Positions 16,779 through 26,901 of a stretch of 49,888 bases of DNA are shown piece by piece. The first letter of the stretch is position 1, and the number at the start of each line of letters is the position of its first letter. Location: assembly GCA_045561295.1 (NCBI GenBank), contig JBJKYD010000015.1, positions 1 through 49,888 of the forward strand, given 5' to 3'. The stretch is from Gammaproteobacteria bacterium (GTDB taxonomy: Bacteria; Pseudomonadota; Gammaproteobacteria; GCA-002705445; GCA-002716945). The translations under genes were made by a program, and so were the position numbers. A model generated the notes under the pieces. The model was not told where the DNA came from and did no database searches. It saw only the letters and a list, made by a program, of their open reading frames with translations.

Positions 16779-18770
16779 ATGTTAAGGAAGATAATATTTA
16801 TATGTATGTTACCTGTCGCTATCATGGCGCAGGAGTTGACGTACGACAATAAGGCACTAGCGCCAGGTTGGACCAATCTAACATTTACACCCCCAAGCGC
16901 ATCGTCCTATACATTGGCCAGCTTCTCACCTGCAAAAGATGGCGATGTAATTAATCAAAGAGAAGAAAATACTTCACTTCACGATATATATGATGACAAA
17001 GTTACATTGCTTAACTTTATGTACACCACTTGTACAGATATAAATGGTTGTCCATTAGCCACAGCAGTTTTTCATAAAATTCAACAAAAATTATCTAAAG
17101 ACCCAGCTATTGGCAAACAAGTCAATCTGGTAAGCCTTAGTTTTGATCCTAAAAATGATACACCAGAAATTATGAAACTTTATGGAGCAGGTACCGAGAG
17201 ACACCTCGTAGATTGGCAGTTTTTAACAACACAAAATGCAGATATCCTTGATCCAATACTTGATGGTTACCAACAAAGAATTATAAAAGAATATGATAGT
17301 GAAGGTAATTATATTGGTTCAATTTCCCATATTCTTAGAGTTTTTTTAATCGATAAAGATAAACAAGTTAGAAATATTTATAGCGTTTCTTTTCTTCATG
17401 CAGATTTAATCATTAATGATATAAAAACACTACTTGATCCAAATACTAATAATGGCACTTTGATTGCTGCAGCTGATACAAATTCAAATTCTAAATTAGA
17501 CGCTGTTAAATCTGAGACATCAAAGCTATCAAAACCAGGTGATAATAAAGATGGTTATTATGACAGTGATTATGAGAGTGCAAGTAAAAGTTTACACAGA
17601 ACTGGAAAACCTGCAGATTTATATACAATTGCCACAACTAAGCAACTTGGACTACCAAAGCTTAAGCTGCCTGAAGGGACAAATCTTACACCTGAAAAAA
17701 TTGATTTAGGTAGAAAATTATTTTTTGATAGAAGGCTGTCTCATACAGATACAATATCTTGTGCTATATGTCATGTACCAGAAATGGGCTTTGCACAAAA
17801 TGAATTAGCAACTGCTGTAGGCACTGAGGGAAGGTCTGTCCCAAGAAATGCTCCTACTGTTGTGAACGCCGCCTATTTATCTAGGTTCTTCCATGATGCG
17901 AGAGAAAATTCTCTTGAAGATCAAGTATGGGGACCTTTGCTAGCTCACAATGAAATGGCGAATCCGTCGCCCGGATATATTCTAAATAAAATTAAAAATA
18001 TACCTGATTACGAAGGCTTGTTTGAAACTGCATATGGTGGATCAGTAAATATGGATTCCTTATCCAGAGCACTTGCTGCCTACCAATACAGTCTGCTCAG
18101 CGGTAATTCACCATTTGATAAGTGGTACTATAATAACGAATCAAGCGCAATTTCTAAATCTGCTAAGCGAGGCTTTGAAATCTTTAAAGGTAAGGGCAAT
18201 TGTATGGCATGTCATTTAGTAAACGATGAATATGCATTATTTACAGATGAGAAACTTCATAATACTGGAATAGGATTTAAATCTTCTATGTATGTTGAAC
18301 CTCCGCGCAAAAAAGTAGTATTAGCACCAGGCATAGAGGTCGATGTTGACACGTCTGTCTATGCGAATGACTCAAGATTTAAAAACGAAATTAAACCTAA
18401 TGACTTAGGTCTTTATTTAATTACTCAAGATCCTGGTGATCGTTGGAAAATAAGGACACCATCATTGAGAAATGTTGAATTATCAGGTCCTTATATGCAC
18501 AACGGTCAATTAGCTACATTAAAAGACGTTGTTGATTTCTACAATGAAGGCGGCGTAAGAGAAGTTGGTAAGATGAAAAATGAAACCATTAGTCCTCTTA
18601 TGATGCCTCTCAACTTGAGTAAACAAGAAGTGGATGATGTAGTAGAGTTTCTTAAAACGCTAACTGGTTCAAACATGGACACACTAGTTATGGATGCTTT
18701 TGCGGCCCCAATAGGGGAAGTATCACTGCAGGACCCAAACTGGTTTCATGATAATAAACTGAAATATTAA
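16779..18770 (+). CDS. SCO/SenC domain fused to a MauG-like di-heme cytochrome c peroxidase (MtoX maturation)
   Basis: FMYTTCTDINGCP plus ISH (SCO); CAICH and CMACH heme motifs, LGRKLFFDRRLS, RNAPT, TPSLRNV..GPYMHNG. Confidence 0.9.
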   Translation: MLRKIIFICMLPVAIMAQELTYDNKALAPGWTNLTFTPPSASSYTLASFSPAKDGDVINQREENTSLHDIYDDKVTLLNFMYTTCTDINGCPLATAVFHKIQQKLSKDPAIGKQVNLVSLSFDPKNDTPEIMKLYGAGTERHLVDWQFLTTQNADILDPILDGYQQRIIKEYDSEGNYIGSISHILRVFLIDKDKQVRNIYSVSFLHADLIINDIKTLLDPNTNNGTLIAAADTNSNSKLDAVKSETSKLSKPGDNKDGYYDSDYESASKSLHRTGKPADLYTIATTKQLGLPKLKLPEGTNLTPEKIDLGRKLFFDRRLSHTDTISCAICHVPEMGFAQNELATAVGTEGRSVPRNAPTVVNAAYLSRFFHDARENSLEDQVWGPLLAHNEMANPSPGYILNKIKNIPDYEGLFETAYGGSVNMDSLSRALAAYQYSLLSGNSPFDKWYYNNESSAISKSAKRGFEIFKGKGNCMACHLVNDEYALFTDEKLHNTGIGFKSSMYVEPPRKKVVLAPGIEVDVDTSVYANDSRFKNEIKPNDLGLYLITQDPGDRWKIRTPSLRNVELSGPYMHNGQLATLKDVVDFYNEGGVREVGKMKNETISPLMMPLNLSKQEVDDVVEFLKTLTGSNMDTLVMDAFAAPIGEVSLQDPNWFHDNKLKY

Positions 18771-19351
18771 TGATGAAGAAATATTTTATTATATTTCTTG
18801 TCATTTTCCTGATAACACCTATACATCAAGCCCAGTCAGAAAAATATCCTCTCCCTACAAAAATGCTTATGGACCCAATGCCAGCTGCAGATATGGCACC
18901 AGAGATAAATGTTATTGACATGAATGGTGAAAAAAGAACTTTACAAGACTTAAAAGGTAAATTTGTTTTAGTTAATTTCTGGGCAACTTGGTGTAACCCA
19001 TGTAAAGTTGAGATGCCATTATTAGAGAACCTTCATCAAACACTTAAAAGTGATAAATTCACAGTTCTTGGTCTTCATGTTGGCCCAGGACCAGAAAACA
19101 TAGAAGAATTTAAAAAACTCATGCCAATATCTTTCCCAATATATGTCGATATGGAATTAGAGGTTAATTGGGGAGTTCCAGGCCTGCCTACAACCTTCCT
19201 TTTAAATCCAGAGGGAAGATTAATATACAGAGCAGTAGGTAAAAGAGAGTTTGCATCGGACGACATGATCAACTTCATAAGAAATCAAATTGAAGGCTAT
19301 AAGTTCGCTCAAAAATATGAAGGCAAGCTTGTGCCTCCTATGATGAGGTAA
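18770..19351 (+). CDS. TlpA/ResA-family thiol-disulfide oxidoreductase
   Basis: VNFWATWCNPCKVEMP, GLPTTFL. Confidence 0.9.
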   Translation: MMKKYFIIFLVIFLITPIHQAQSEKYPLPTKMLMDPMPAADMAPEINVIDMNGEKRTLQDLKGKFVLVNFWATWCNPCKVEMPLLENLHQTLKSDKFTVLGLHVGPGPENIEEFKKLMPISFPIYVDMELEVNWGVPGLPTTFLLNPEGRLIYRAVGKREFASDDMINFIRNQIEGYKFAQKYEGKLVPPMMR

Positions 19352-19356
19352 TTTTA

Positions 19357-20148
19357 CTATATAACAAACAGCTCCATAAGTTCTTTTCCAGACTTAGTCC
19401 CGAAATACCTCACAGGCTTTGACGAATTAATTATACTTTTATTTAGTATTTTATTAATTTTTATTTTATAGAAATTAAAAAAGGTTAAATCTGTTTGATT
19501 TGCTCTAATATATTCCCGACATATAGATTTATCTCTTGTAAAAATTGTTCCTCTACGAGCATTATGACAAAAGTTATTACCAATTTTTCCTAGAACAACT
19601 ACAGAACCTGATATTAGCTCGAGACATGAACCTGACCCAATGTTTCCACCTATTATAATATTCCCTCTTCTCATTCTTACAATAGAGTTATCTCCAACAT
19701 TTTTTTGCACGTATATAAACCCATCAACAAATCCTTCATTCATGCTTGTAGGCAAACTACAAAACCCATCATCTGCATTACCTAGAATATGTACAGACCC
19801 TCCTTTCATTCCTGAGCATGCATTTTTACCAGCATTACCATTTAGTATAATCTCCCCACTACACATGCCCTTTGCAAGTCCAAATCCAACATTTCCAAAA
19901 ATAGTAATTTTTTTGTCTTCGAGATTATTACCAATATTATCTAGATGTTTGTTTGAATTACTAATTATAATATCTTTGAAGTTATTACCCGATACATTGA
20001 ACAAAGTAGACAACTTATATCCTTTAGTTCCATAATTTACCCGGAGGTTTTTAATTTTTGACAAACTAGACGTTTTGATTTTCGAAAGCCAGCTCATATC
20101 CAGTCTTTGTTTATTTTTGATTTTGCATTTAAAGACTAAAGGTTTCAT
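19357..20148 (-). CDS. fhcC: Formyltransferase/hydrolase complex subunit C
   Basis: GXGXG beta-helix repeats (GNVG, GNAG, MKGG, RMRRG, ARRGTI); operon context. Confidence 0.9.
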   Translation of the reverse strand: MKPLVFKCKIKNKQRLDMSWLSKIKTSSLSKIKNLRVNYGTKGYKLSTLFNVSGNNFKDIIISNSNKHLDNIGNNLEDKKITIFGNVGFGLAKGMCSGEIILNGNAGKNACSGMKGGSVHILGNADDGFCSLPTSMNEGFVDGFIYVQKNVGDNSIVRMRRGNIIIGGNIGSGSCLELISGSVVVLGKIGNNFCHNARRGTIFTRDKSICREYIRANQTDLTFFNFYKIKINKILNKSIINSSKPVRYFGTKSGKELMELFVI

Positions 20149-21041
20149 TTTAATATCTTTCTTAAATGAAAGTGATGCGGTCCTAGCTTTCCACCATAAT
20201 TACCAGCTGAGACAGACACAATATCTTTTTTATATTTAGATTTAGATATTGCAACCAATGATTCACGTATACCTTTATCAATATCCTCTTTGGTTAAGCC
20301 GTTTATAACTATCTCCATTACACAATTAACACTTTTATGCAATTTGCTACCGGTAATGCCGCTTAGAGATGGACAAAATGCGTCGTTTGTTGATGCTATC
20401 AATGCTTTGTACTTAGAGCCAACTTTAGATCCAGACCTGACAACTCCACCTGGGAATGGGGTGATAATGTTACCAATTTCACTCATTACATTCACTGCTA
20501 TTTCACATGCTGAAAGACATGAAGCTCTATTTTTTGACAACAATATAAAATTACCACCACCAATTGCTGGGACACGTGCAGTCATCTCCTCGCACATAAA
20601 TTCTCCATCCATCACTGGTATTCTCCAAAATCTTTTTTTATCAATACGTTTTGATATTTGATAACCATCGCCAAAATATTTTAAATTTTTTCCAAGGGGA
20701 ATCATATCTTCTCCATCAAGACCTGAAAACAGTGCAGTAGTTGGACATGTCAAGATGCACTGCCCAGCCCTTGTCTCAAGCTGTTTCTCTAGTTGACTCC
20801 GTGACATTGAGAAGAGAAGTATGGCGTACCCTGGTCTTCCATCTGGCGTTTCTTTGGCTTTCAACTGTCTTTCTATACCAGCTTCTATTCCGCATGCAAT
20901 AACAGATGTTGCAAATCCGGTAAATGATGCAGCTGCATTCTTAGCCCACTTTATATTATCAGCTGTTACAATTATTCTACTTGCTTTCATATTAAAAGCT
21001 TCAGCAAAAGTATTCTCAATAGCTAACCCATTAATTTTCAT
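20145..21041 (-). CDS. fhcD: Formylmethanofuran-H4MPT N-formyltransferase (Ftr)
   Basis: NTFAEAF, GFATSVIACG.EAGIE, TPDGRPG, GGVVRSGSKVGSKY, AGNYGGKLGPHHF. Confidence 0.95.
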   Translation of the reverse strand: MKINGLAIENTFAEAFNMKASRIIVTADNIKWAKNAAASFTGFATSVIACGIEAGIERQLKAKETPDGRPGYAILLFSMSRSQLEKQLETRAGQCILTCPTTALFSGLDGEDMIPLGKNLKYFGDGYQISKRIDKKRFWRIPVMDGEFMCEEMTARVPAIGGGNFILLSKNRASCLSACEIAVNVMSEIGNIITPFPGGVVRSGSKVGSKYKALIASTNDAFCPSLSGITGSKLHKSVNCVMEIVINGLTKEDIDKGIRESLVAISKSKYKKDIVSVSAGNYGGKLGPHHFHLRKILK

Positions 21042-22693
21042 GATATTCTTTTCCTGCTACATTTAACTTCATTTATATCAGATCCAATTACCTCTGACAT
21101 TTCATCATTACTGATAGAGTAGTTAGGCAATGCAATAGTATGGTATTTATCAAAATATTTTTTAAGCTTTTTCTCAATAGTAGCATCATATTCGGGCTTA
21201 ACGACTTGTGTTTTACCCCATGTGTAGTTTTTTATTTCACCATCTTTAACTACTACAACTCCATCTTTAATAACATGCGTTGGGCTTGCAAACATCTCTT
21301 CTACATCTCTAATATTGCTATCATAGATCGTTATGTCAGCATCAGCCTCTTTTGAGAGGGAGCCTTTATTTGTCAGACCTAAGATCCTAGCAGGTGCAGA
21401 CCGAGTCATTGTTGCAATTTCCGATAATGTATATTCTCTCTTTATGTCTTTTAAAATAGTATGTTTTGAAATATCTACTGAAAGTTGATCTAGCAAATTA
21501 TCTCTGAATGACTTATTCATAAGTAGTTTTATTAAATGAGGGTATGATGTAAATGGGGCTCCATTAGGATGGTCTGTAGTAAGAAATATTTTATCTGGGT
21601 CTTCTGTCAAAAGAAATGTTTCAAGCCCAATTGCCCACTGTAGAGCATTTACAAAGCTCTGATCTGTATATTTAAACGGAACGACACCACAGCCAGCCTC
21701 ACATTCAATATCCATACAAAGCCATTTGTCTGGATGAGCATGACTATGATTTGCATGTTGTTTCATGCTATCACCAGACATTGTAGCTGTTTGTCCAAAC
21801 AAAACTTGGCCAACATCACATGTCAGATTTGGTATTTTATTTATGTAGTCAGTTATTTCCGCAGAGGCTGATGAAAAGTTTCGATCTCCATTATTACCAT
21901 AGCTATGAAATTGAATATGAGTAATATGCACAGGTAATCCCTCAGCAGCTTTTATGGTTTCAATCGTTGATTTAAAATTTCCAGGGACGCCTAGGTTACT
22001 GCAGTGAACATGTAAAGGATGTGGCACGCCTAATTCATAAACAGCTCTTGCGAGTAAACGGACTATTTTACGCGGGGTTATCTTATACCTGACTGAATTT
22101 TCATCAACATTCAGTGCTCGTTGATTAAACTTAAAAGCATTTATTCCGCCCGGATTAACAACTTTTATGCCTATACATTGAGTTGCTTTTAATATGAATG
22201 CTACGTAATCATTAATCTCTGATTGATGAGCTCCTCTTGAAATTAGATCTAATAGGAAATCATCATTACCAAGAAGCGCATAACCGCCTTTATCTATGAA
22301 TGGCGTATCAGCCATTTCTGAATGCGACTGTCTAGCATTTATCGGAAGCACAGCTGGTTCAAAACAGGATGTATAACCCATTTTAATATATTGAAGCCCA
22401 GTTTTAAGTGTACTTGGAATAAAATCTGCAGTTAAATCATAGTCTCTATCACTGTTGTTATGAAATTCCTGTAGCATTAATCTTGCTATGTTTACCTTTC
22501 CGCCACCTATATGTGTGTGTAAATCAATTGCACCTGGCATAATAATTTTATTCTTGCATTCGATAGTTTCAGATATTTTTTCATTTAATTTTTCGACAAT
22601 TTTTCCATCTTTAACATAGATATCTTTCTTCTTGTTGAAAATTTTATTTATAGGATCAAAAATCTGACCATTTTTTAAACATAGGGTAGTCAT
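21038..22693 (-). CDS. fhcA: Formyltransferase/hydrolase complex subunit A (amidohydrolase)
   Basis: PGAIDLHTHIGGGKVN, HPLHVHCSNLG, TTDHPNG, NALQWAIGLE. Confidence 0.95.
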   Translation of the reverse strand: MTTLCLKNGQIFDPINKIFNKKKDIYVKDGKIVEKLNEKISETIECKNKIIMPGAIDLHTHIGGGKVNIARLMLQEFHNNSDRDYDLTADFIPSTLKTGLQYIKMGYTSCFEPAVLPINARQSHSEMADTPFIDKGGYALLGNDDFLLDLISRGAHQSEINDYVAFILKATQCIGIKVVNPGGINAFKFNQRALNVDENSVRYKITPRKIVRLLARAVYELGVPHPLHVHCSNLGVPGNFKSTIETIKAAEGLPVHITHIQFHSYGNNGDRNFSSASAEITDYINKIPNLTCDVGQVLFGQTATMSGDSMKQHANHSHAHPDKWLCMDIECEAGCGVVPFKYTDQSFVNALQWAIGLETFLLTEDPDKIFLTTDHPNGAPFTSYPHLIKLLMNKSFRDNLLDQLSVDISKHTILKDIKREYTLSEIATMTRSAPARILGLTNKGSLSKEADADITIYDSNIRDVEEMFASPTHVIKDGVVVVKDGEIKNYTWGKTQVVKPEYDATIEKKLKKYFDKYHTIALPNYSISNDEMSEVIGSDINEVKCSRKRIS

Positions 22694-23949
22694 TATTCAA
22701 GAATCTCTCTTAGTATTTCTTGGGTACTTCTGCTGTGGGACATCCTCAATGATGTCAATGGCAAACTCACAACATTATCTGTTCTAAATATATGTCCTTT
22801 AAAGTCAATACCAGGTATGCCACATGATATAAATACATCTGGTTCAATATTAAACTTGGTGCATGGTCGTCCAATGACAATATTCTTATTTTTTTTATTC
22901 AAGACTAACTTTTTCTCTGAAAGGGAATTAAGGTGTATCACTAAATCTGAATTTCCTGAATTGATTAGTTGTATTGCGTTATTTGCATCTTTATCATACT
23001 CAAAGAAATTCCCTGTAAATTTAATTCTAGATGGGAATCCTGTCATCCATCCTAAAGTTTGTGTGAAACTTACATCCCCATCATTTCCTGATAATGATAA
23101 ACAAGCAGCTCTCGATGTCTTATTGAGCGAGACAACATATGCAGATATATTATATATAATTTCATCACACTCTCTATAACTATCAAACTCAGATGTGGCC
23201 CAAAGAACAGATAAATATTTGGAAGTTTCAATACTAGTAAGTAACTTATTGAAGACCTTATTGCTAATTGAAGTCTCATTTTTCTTACTAATAAAGCTAT
23301 TTAGCAGTTTGGTTATATTTCTATTGTTATAGTCTATATAAGTTATCCTTTTATCCCTGATATTGCAGTTTTTTATATTATTTTTTTTATTTCCAATTAC
23401 ATATATTTCTTTTTTCTTCGAATTGACACTAAAGCTGTTTTTAGTTGCAAGAAACTTGTCCATCAAACGGGGATAAGTTTCAAAAAGATTATTAGAAAAG
23501 ACAATTATGATGTCTGATTTATTCTTAATCTCTGTCAGAGATGTCGCCATGTAGCCTCGCCTCTGATAAATACTAATATTTTTTAAAAAAATACTACTAT
23601 TAACATGATCAACAATAGCATTAACCTTTGATGCAGCTGATAATACCTCGCGAGTAACATTCACATCGCTGCTTGAGTTGAGAAGAACCGTCTCTTTTGA
23701 CTTCTTTATGAGTTGTTTAGAATACTGGTAAGCTTTTTTCGGTTCACATGGTTTACCTTTGACGGTTGTAACCATATCTTTAAATTTTGCAAGATTAAGC
23801 TTCTCATATTTGTACGCACATGACTTTGGAACATTACTTTTAACATATAGCTTGTTGTCATGAACGTCTATCTCTAAATCATCGCAGTGGAGAGAGCAAA
23901 AAGGACAGACAATATTCTTATGGTTAAGAGAATCTGATATCTTTGACAT
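22693..23949 (-). CDS. fhcB: Formyltransferase/hydrolase complex subunit B
   Basis: CPFCSLHCDDL, W.TGFP.R, PGID..GH.FRTD.VV.LPL. Confidence 0.9.
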   Translation of the reverse strand: MSKISDSLNHKNIVCPFCSLHCDDLEIDVHDNKLYVKSNVPKSCAYKYEKLNLAKFKDMVTTVKGKPCEPKKAYQYSKQLIKKSKETVLLNSSSDVNVTREVLSAASKVNAIVDHVNSSIFLKNISIYQRRGYMATSLTEIKNKSDIIIVFSNNLFETYPRLMDKFLATKNSFSVNSKKKEIYVIGNKKNNIKNCNIRDKRITYIDYNNRNITKLLNSFISKKNETSISNKVFNKLLTSIETSKYLSVLWATSEFDSYRECDEIIYNISAYVVSLNKTSRAACLSLSGNDGDVSFTQTLGWMTGFPSRIKFTGNFFEYDKDANNAIQLINSGNSDLVIHLNSLSEKKLVLNKKNKNIVIGRPCTKFNIEPDVFISCGIPGIDFKGHIFRTDNVVSLPLTSLRMSHSRSTQEILREILE

Positions 23950-24011
23950 AAATTATTTTACATCAATAATAAATAACTTTACATGCAAAAACATTAATAT
24001 ATTCTATTTTA

Positions 24012-24953
24012 ATGGCTACCAAAAAGACATTCAAGGAAGTAAAAATTGAAGCAAATTCACGTCTACATTTGGGTTTTATTAGTCTAAATTCATCTACACC
24101 ATTTACATATGGTGGAGTAGGTATCTCGATTTCTGGTCAGCCAACTATTGTCAGTATAAAAAAATCAAAAAAATTTGAATCAAATCTTCCGAAAAATATA
24201 ACAAATGGAATATTAAACTTTCTTAGATCCAAGAAACTTCATACTATGATTAAAATTGATTGTGTACATTCTCCTGAAAATCATATTGGACTAGGGTCAG
24301 GAACGCAACTCATACTATCGGTTGAGGAATTAATTACAAAATTCTATAAATTAGATATAAATTCAAATATATTCAATAGGAAATTTAGGTCTGGTATTGG
24401 AATGAACTCCTATACAAAAGGAGGCTTTATTATTGACGCACCAAAAAATAATCTCACTCAGAGTGAAATAATATTTCAGACCAAATTCCCAGTAGAATGG
24501 AAAGCTATTCTTTTATTTGATAATAAGAAAAAGGGTCTTCATGGAAAATCTGAAAAAAACTTTTTTGCATCTACAACTTCTCATAATTTACGTAAGAACT
24601 TATCTGATATTACTCTGAATGAACTAATACCATCTGTGATTTATAAAGACTTTAGAGTTTTTGCAAAGAGTTTAACTAGATTCCAAAAGTTGAATGCTAT
24701 GTTTTATTCGAAAGTACAGAAATCTATTTATTTGAGTAATGATATCAATAAAATTATAAATCAGATTTCCAAGCGATTTATTGTAGGTTGTGGACAAAGT
24801 TCTTGGGGACCTACAAGTTATATGTTTGTGGATTCTAAAAATGATCTAAATGAAATTTTGCCTATTTTAGATAAGGCAATAAGTATGTATAATAACCTCT
24901 CATACGAAGTCGTGTCAGCTAAAAATAAAGCACGTAAGCTAATTTATACATAG
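24012..24953 (+). CDS. mptG: Beta-ribofuranosylaminobenzene 5'-phosphate synthase (GHMP family; orf4)
   Basis: SRLHLGF, HIGLGSGTQL, RSGIG, GGFIID, GQSSWGPT. Confidence 0.9.
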   Translation: MATKKTFKEVKIEANSRLHLGFISLNSSTPFTYGGVGISISGQPTIVSIKKSKKFESNLPKNITNGILNFLRSKKLHTMIKIDCVHSPENHIGLGSGTQLILSVEELITKFYKLDINSNIFNRKFRSGIGMNSYTKGGFIIDAPKNNLTQSEIIFQTKFPVEWKAILLFDNKKKGLHGKSEKNFFASTTSHNLRKNLSDITLNELIPSVIYKDFRVFAKSLTRFQKLNAMFYSKVQKSIYLSNDINKIINQISKRFIVGCGQSSWGPTSYMFVDSKNDLNEILPILDKAISMYNNLSYEVVSAKNKARKLIYT

Positions 24954-24962
24954 GAGATTTTC

Positions 24963-25853
24963 ATGGACAAACCGTATATCTTACATTTAATTACATCTGA
25001 AAAAAATGCTAGCCCTTTTGATGTGAATATGGCTATTGATGCTGGGTGGACGAATATTATTCCTTATACAAATGCTGAACAGACTGAAATACAAACTCTT
25101 GTACAAGATGCTATATTCTCGAGATCTCCTTCAGGATTACAAAGGACTGGGATATTTTTTGGTGGTAGAGATACACATGAAGCTATGGATATGATTCAAG
25201 AAGCAAAAAAACATATGGTGCCTCCATTTGAAGTATCTGTCTTTGCTGATCCAAGCGGGGCATTTACTACTGCAGCAGGTATGGTTGCCCTTACAGAAAA
25301 ATATCTTAAAGATGGTTTTGACCAGGGATTAGATAAATCAAGCGTTGTTATTCTAGGTGGTACTGGTCCAGTCGGTGTAGCATCAGCTGTGATCTGCGCT
25401 AAAGCAGGAGCAAATGTCAGATTAGTTGGACGTAGTATAGAAAAAGCCGAAAAAACTGCGGCAATTTGTAATGACCGATATCAATCTAAAAATGTTGTTG
25501 CGGGTGCAGATGCAGATAAGCAAGATTATCTTAATAAAGCTGACATTGTTTTAAATACTGGAGCTGCCGGGATTCAATTAATGAGTGATGAAAATATACA
25601 AATGAGTTCTAATTTAAAAATATGTGCAGACACTAATGCCGTTCCGCCATCTGGTATTGCTGGTGTTGACGTTATGGATAGTGGAAAAATTATGGAGAAA
25701 TCTCCAAATAAGTGTCGAGGCATCGGCGCATTAGCAATTGGAAATGTAAAATATAAATCTCAACATGAATGTTTGAAACTAATGTATACATCTGATGATC
25801 CAGTATACTTAGATTTTGAAGATGCATTTAAATTTGCACAAAAAAGCGTATAA
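24963..25853 (+). CDS. mtdB: NAD(P)-dependent methylene-H4MPT dehydrogenase
   Basis: SPFDVNMAIDAG, QDAIFSRSP, ADPSGAFTTAA, GGTGPVG, NAVPPSGI, GALAIGNVKY. Confidence 0.93.
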   Translation: MDKPYILHLITSEKNASPFDVNMAIDAGWTNIIPYTNAEQTEIQTLVQDAIFSRSPSGLQRTGIFFGGRDTHEAMDMIQEAKKHMVPPFEVSVFADPSGAFTTAAGMVALTEKYLKDGFDQGLDKSSVVILGGTGPVGVASAVICAKAGANVRLVGRSIEKAEKTAAICNDRYQSKNVVAGADADKQDYLNKADIVLNTGAAGIQLMSDENIQMSSNLKICADTNAVPPSGIAGVDVMDSGKIMEKSPNKCRGIGALAIGNVKYKSQHECLKLMYTSDDPVYLDFEDAFKFAQKSV

Positions 25854-26901
25854 AAAAGTTCTACTAATTGCTAACGGTTATGAACCATATCATGATGATA
25901 TTTCTCATCTTGCTGAAAGTGTTCACTATATTGATCCGTATTCACAAGATAAGAATTATATCCAATCTTTGGAAACTTTTAAAAAGTACTTAGAAGATAA
26001 TAATCTAGATAGTGAATCAACAAAAATTATATATGGCTCTGGATTAGAAGATAAAATAGGTATACAAGAATATCTAGATAATGAATTCTCTATAGCAGGA
26101 AATTCATTTTCAAAATATAGATACCTGAGTAATATATATAACTTGGATGAGGCTATTTTTAATAAAAAAATATCATTACCCGAAACTTCTAAATCATATC
26201 ATTATAAATTTTTAAGCAAAAAATATAATAGCTCTGGTGGGATGCATGTAGGAAATAATATATTTTCAAAAAATATATACTATCAAAAATATCTTCCAGG
26301 GAAAACTTACTCAATTTCTTTTATCGCAAATGGTGAATATTCTAAGATATTAGGCCTTAATCAATTATTTTTAGTCAAAGATAATATAAAGTTTCCATTT
26401 CTTCATGCTGGGGCGATGAACTTAGGTCTTAGTGAAGCTAATATAGATTTTCCAAAAAACTTTATCTCTAGCATATGTAATTTATATCAAATTAAAGGCT
26501 ATTGCAGTATTGATTTTAAAATACTTGATAACAATATATATATATTAGATTTTAATCCACGCTTATCATCATCATACAGACTGTATACAAGAAAGTATGA
26601 AAACTTAATGCATCATCATTTGGGTCTAATCAATAACGAAGTAAACATGATTAATAATCAATACCATGCATACATTATCCTTTATGCAAAAAAAGATTTA
26701 GTTATTAGTGATTCAATCAATGAACTTGAAAATATAAGTGATAGACCAACTATTGGAGATTCTATTAAAAAAGATATGCCGTTGTTTACTATTAATCTTC
26801 ATTCTAATGATAAAGATGATATTTTGTTTAAAATAAAAAATCGAATTATAAGTGCTATGAAAATAATTGACTGTTATAATACTCAGCTAGAATATGAATA
26901 A
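25816..26901 (+). CDS. ATP-grasp protein OrfY-like (methylofuran polyglutamate biosynthesis); start uncertain
   Basis: YGSGLE, SSGGMH, YYQKYLPG, IDF..LDFNPRLS; position between mtdB and mch. Confidence 0.75.
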   Translation: MKMHLNLHKKAYKKVLLIANGYEPYHDDISHLAESVHYIDPYSQDKNYIQSLETFKKYLEDNNLDSESTKIIYGSGLEDKIGIQEYLDNEFSIAGNSFSKYRYLSNIYNLDEAIFNKKISLPETSKSYHYKFLSKKYNSSGGMHVGNNIFSKNIYYQKYLPGKTYSISFIANGEYSKILGLNQLFLVKDNIKFPFLHAGAMNLGLSEANIDFPKNFISSICNLYQIKGYCSIDFKILDNNIYILDFNPRLSSSYRLYTRKYENLMHHHLGLINNEVNMINNQYHAYIILYAKKDLVISDSINELENISDRPTIGDSIKKDMPLFTINLHSNDKDDILFKIKNRIISAMKIIDCYNTQLEYE

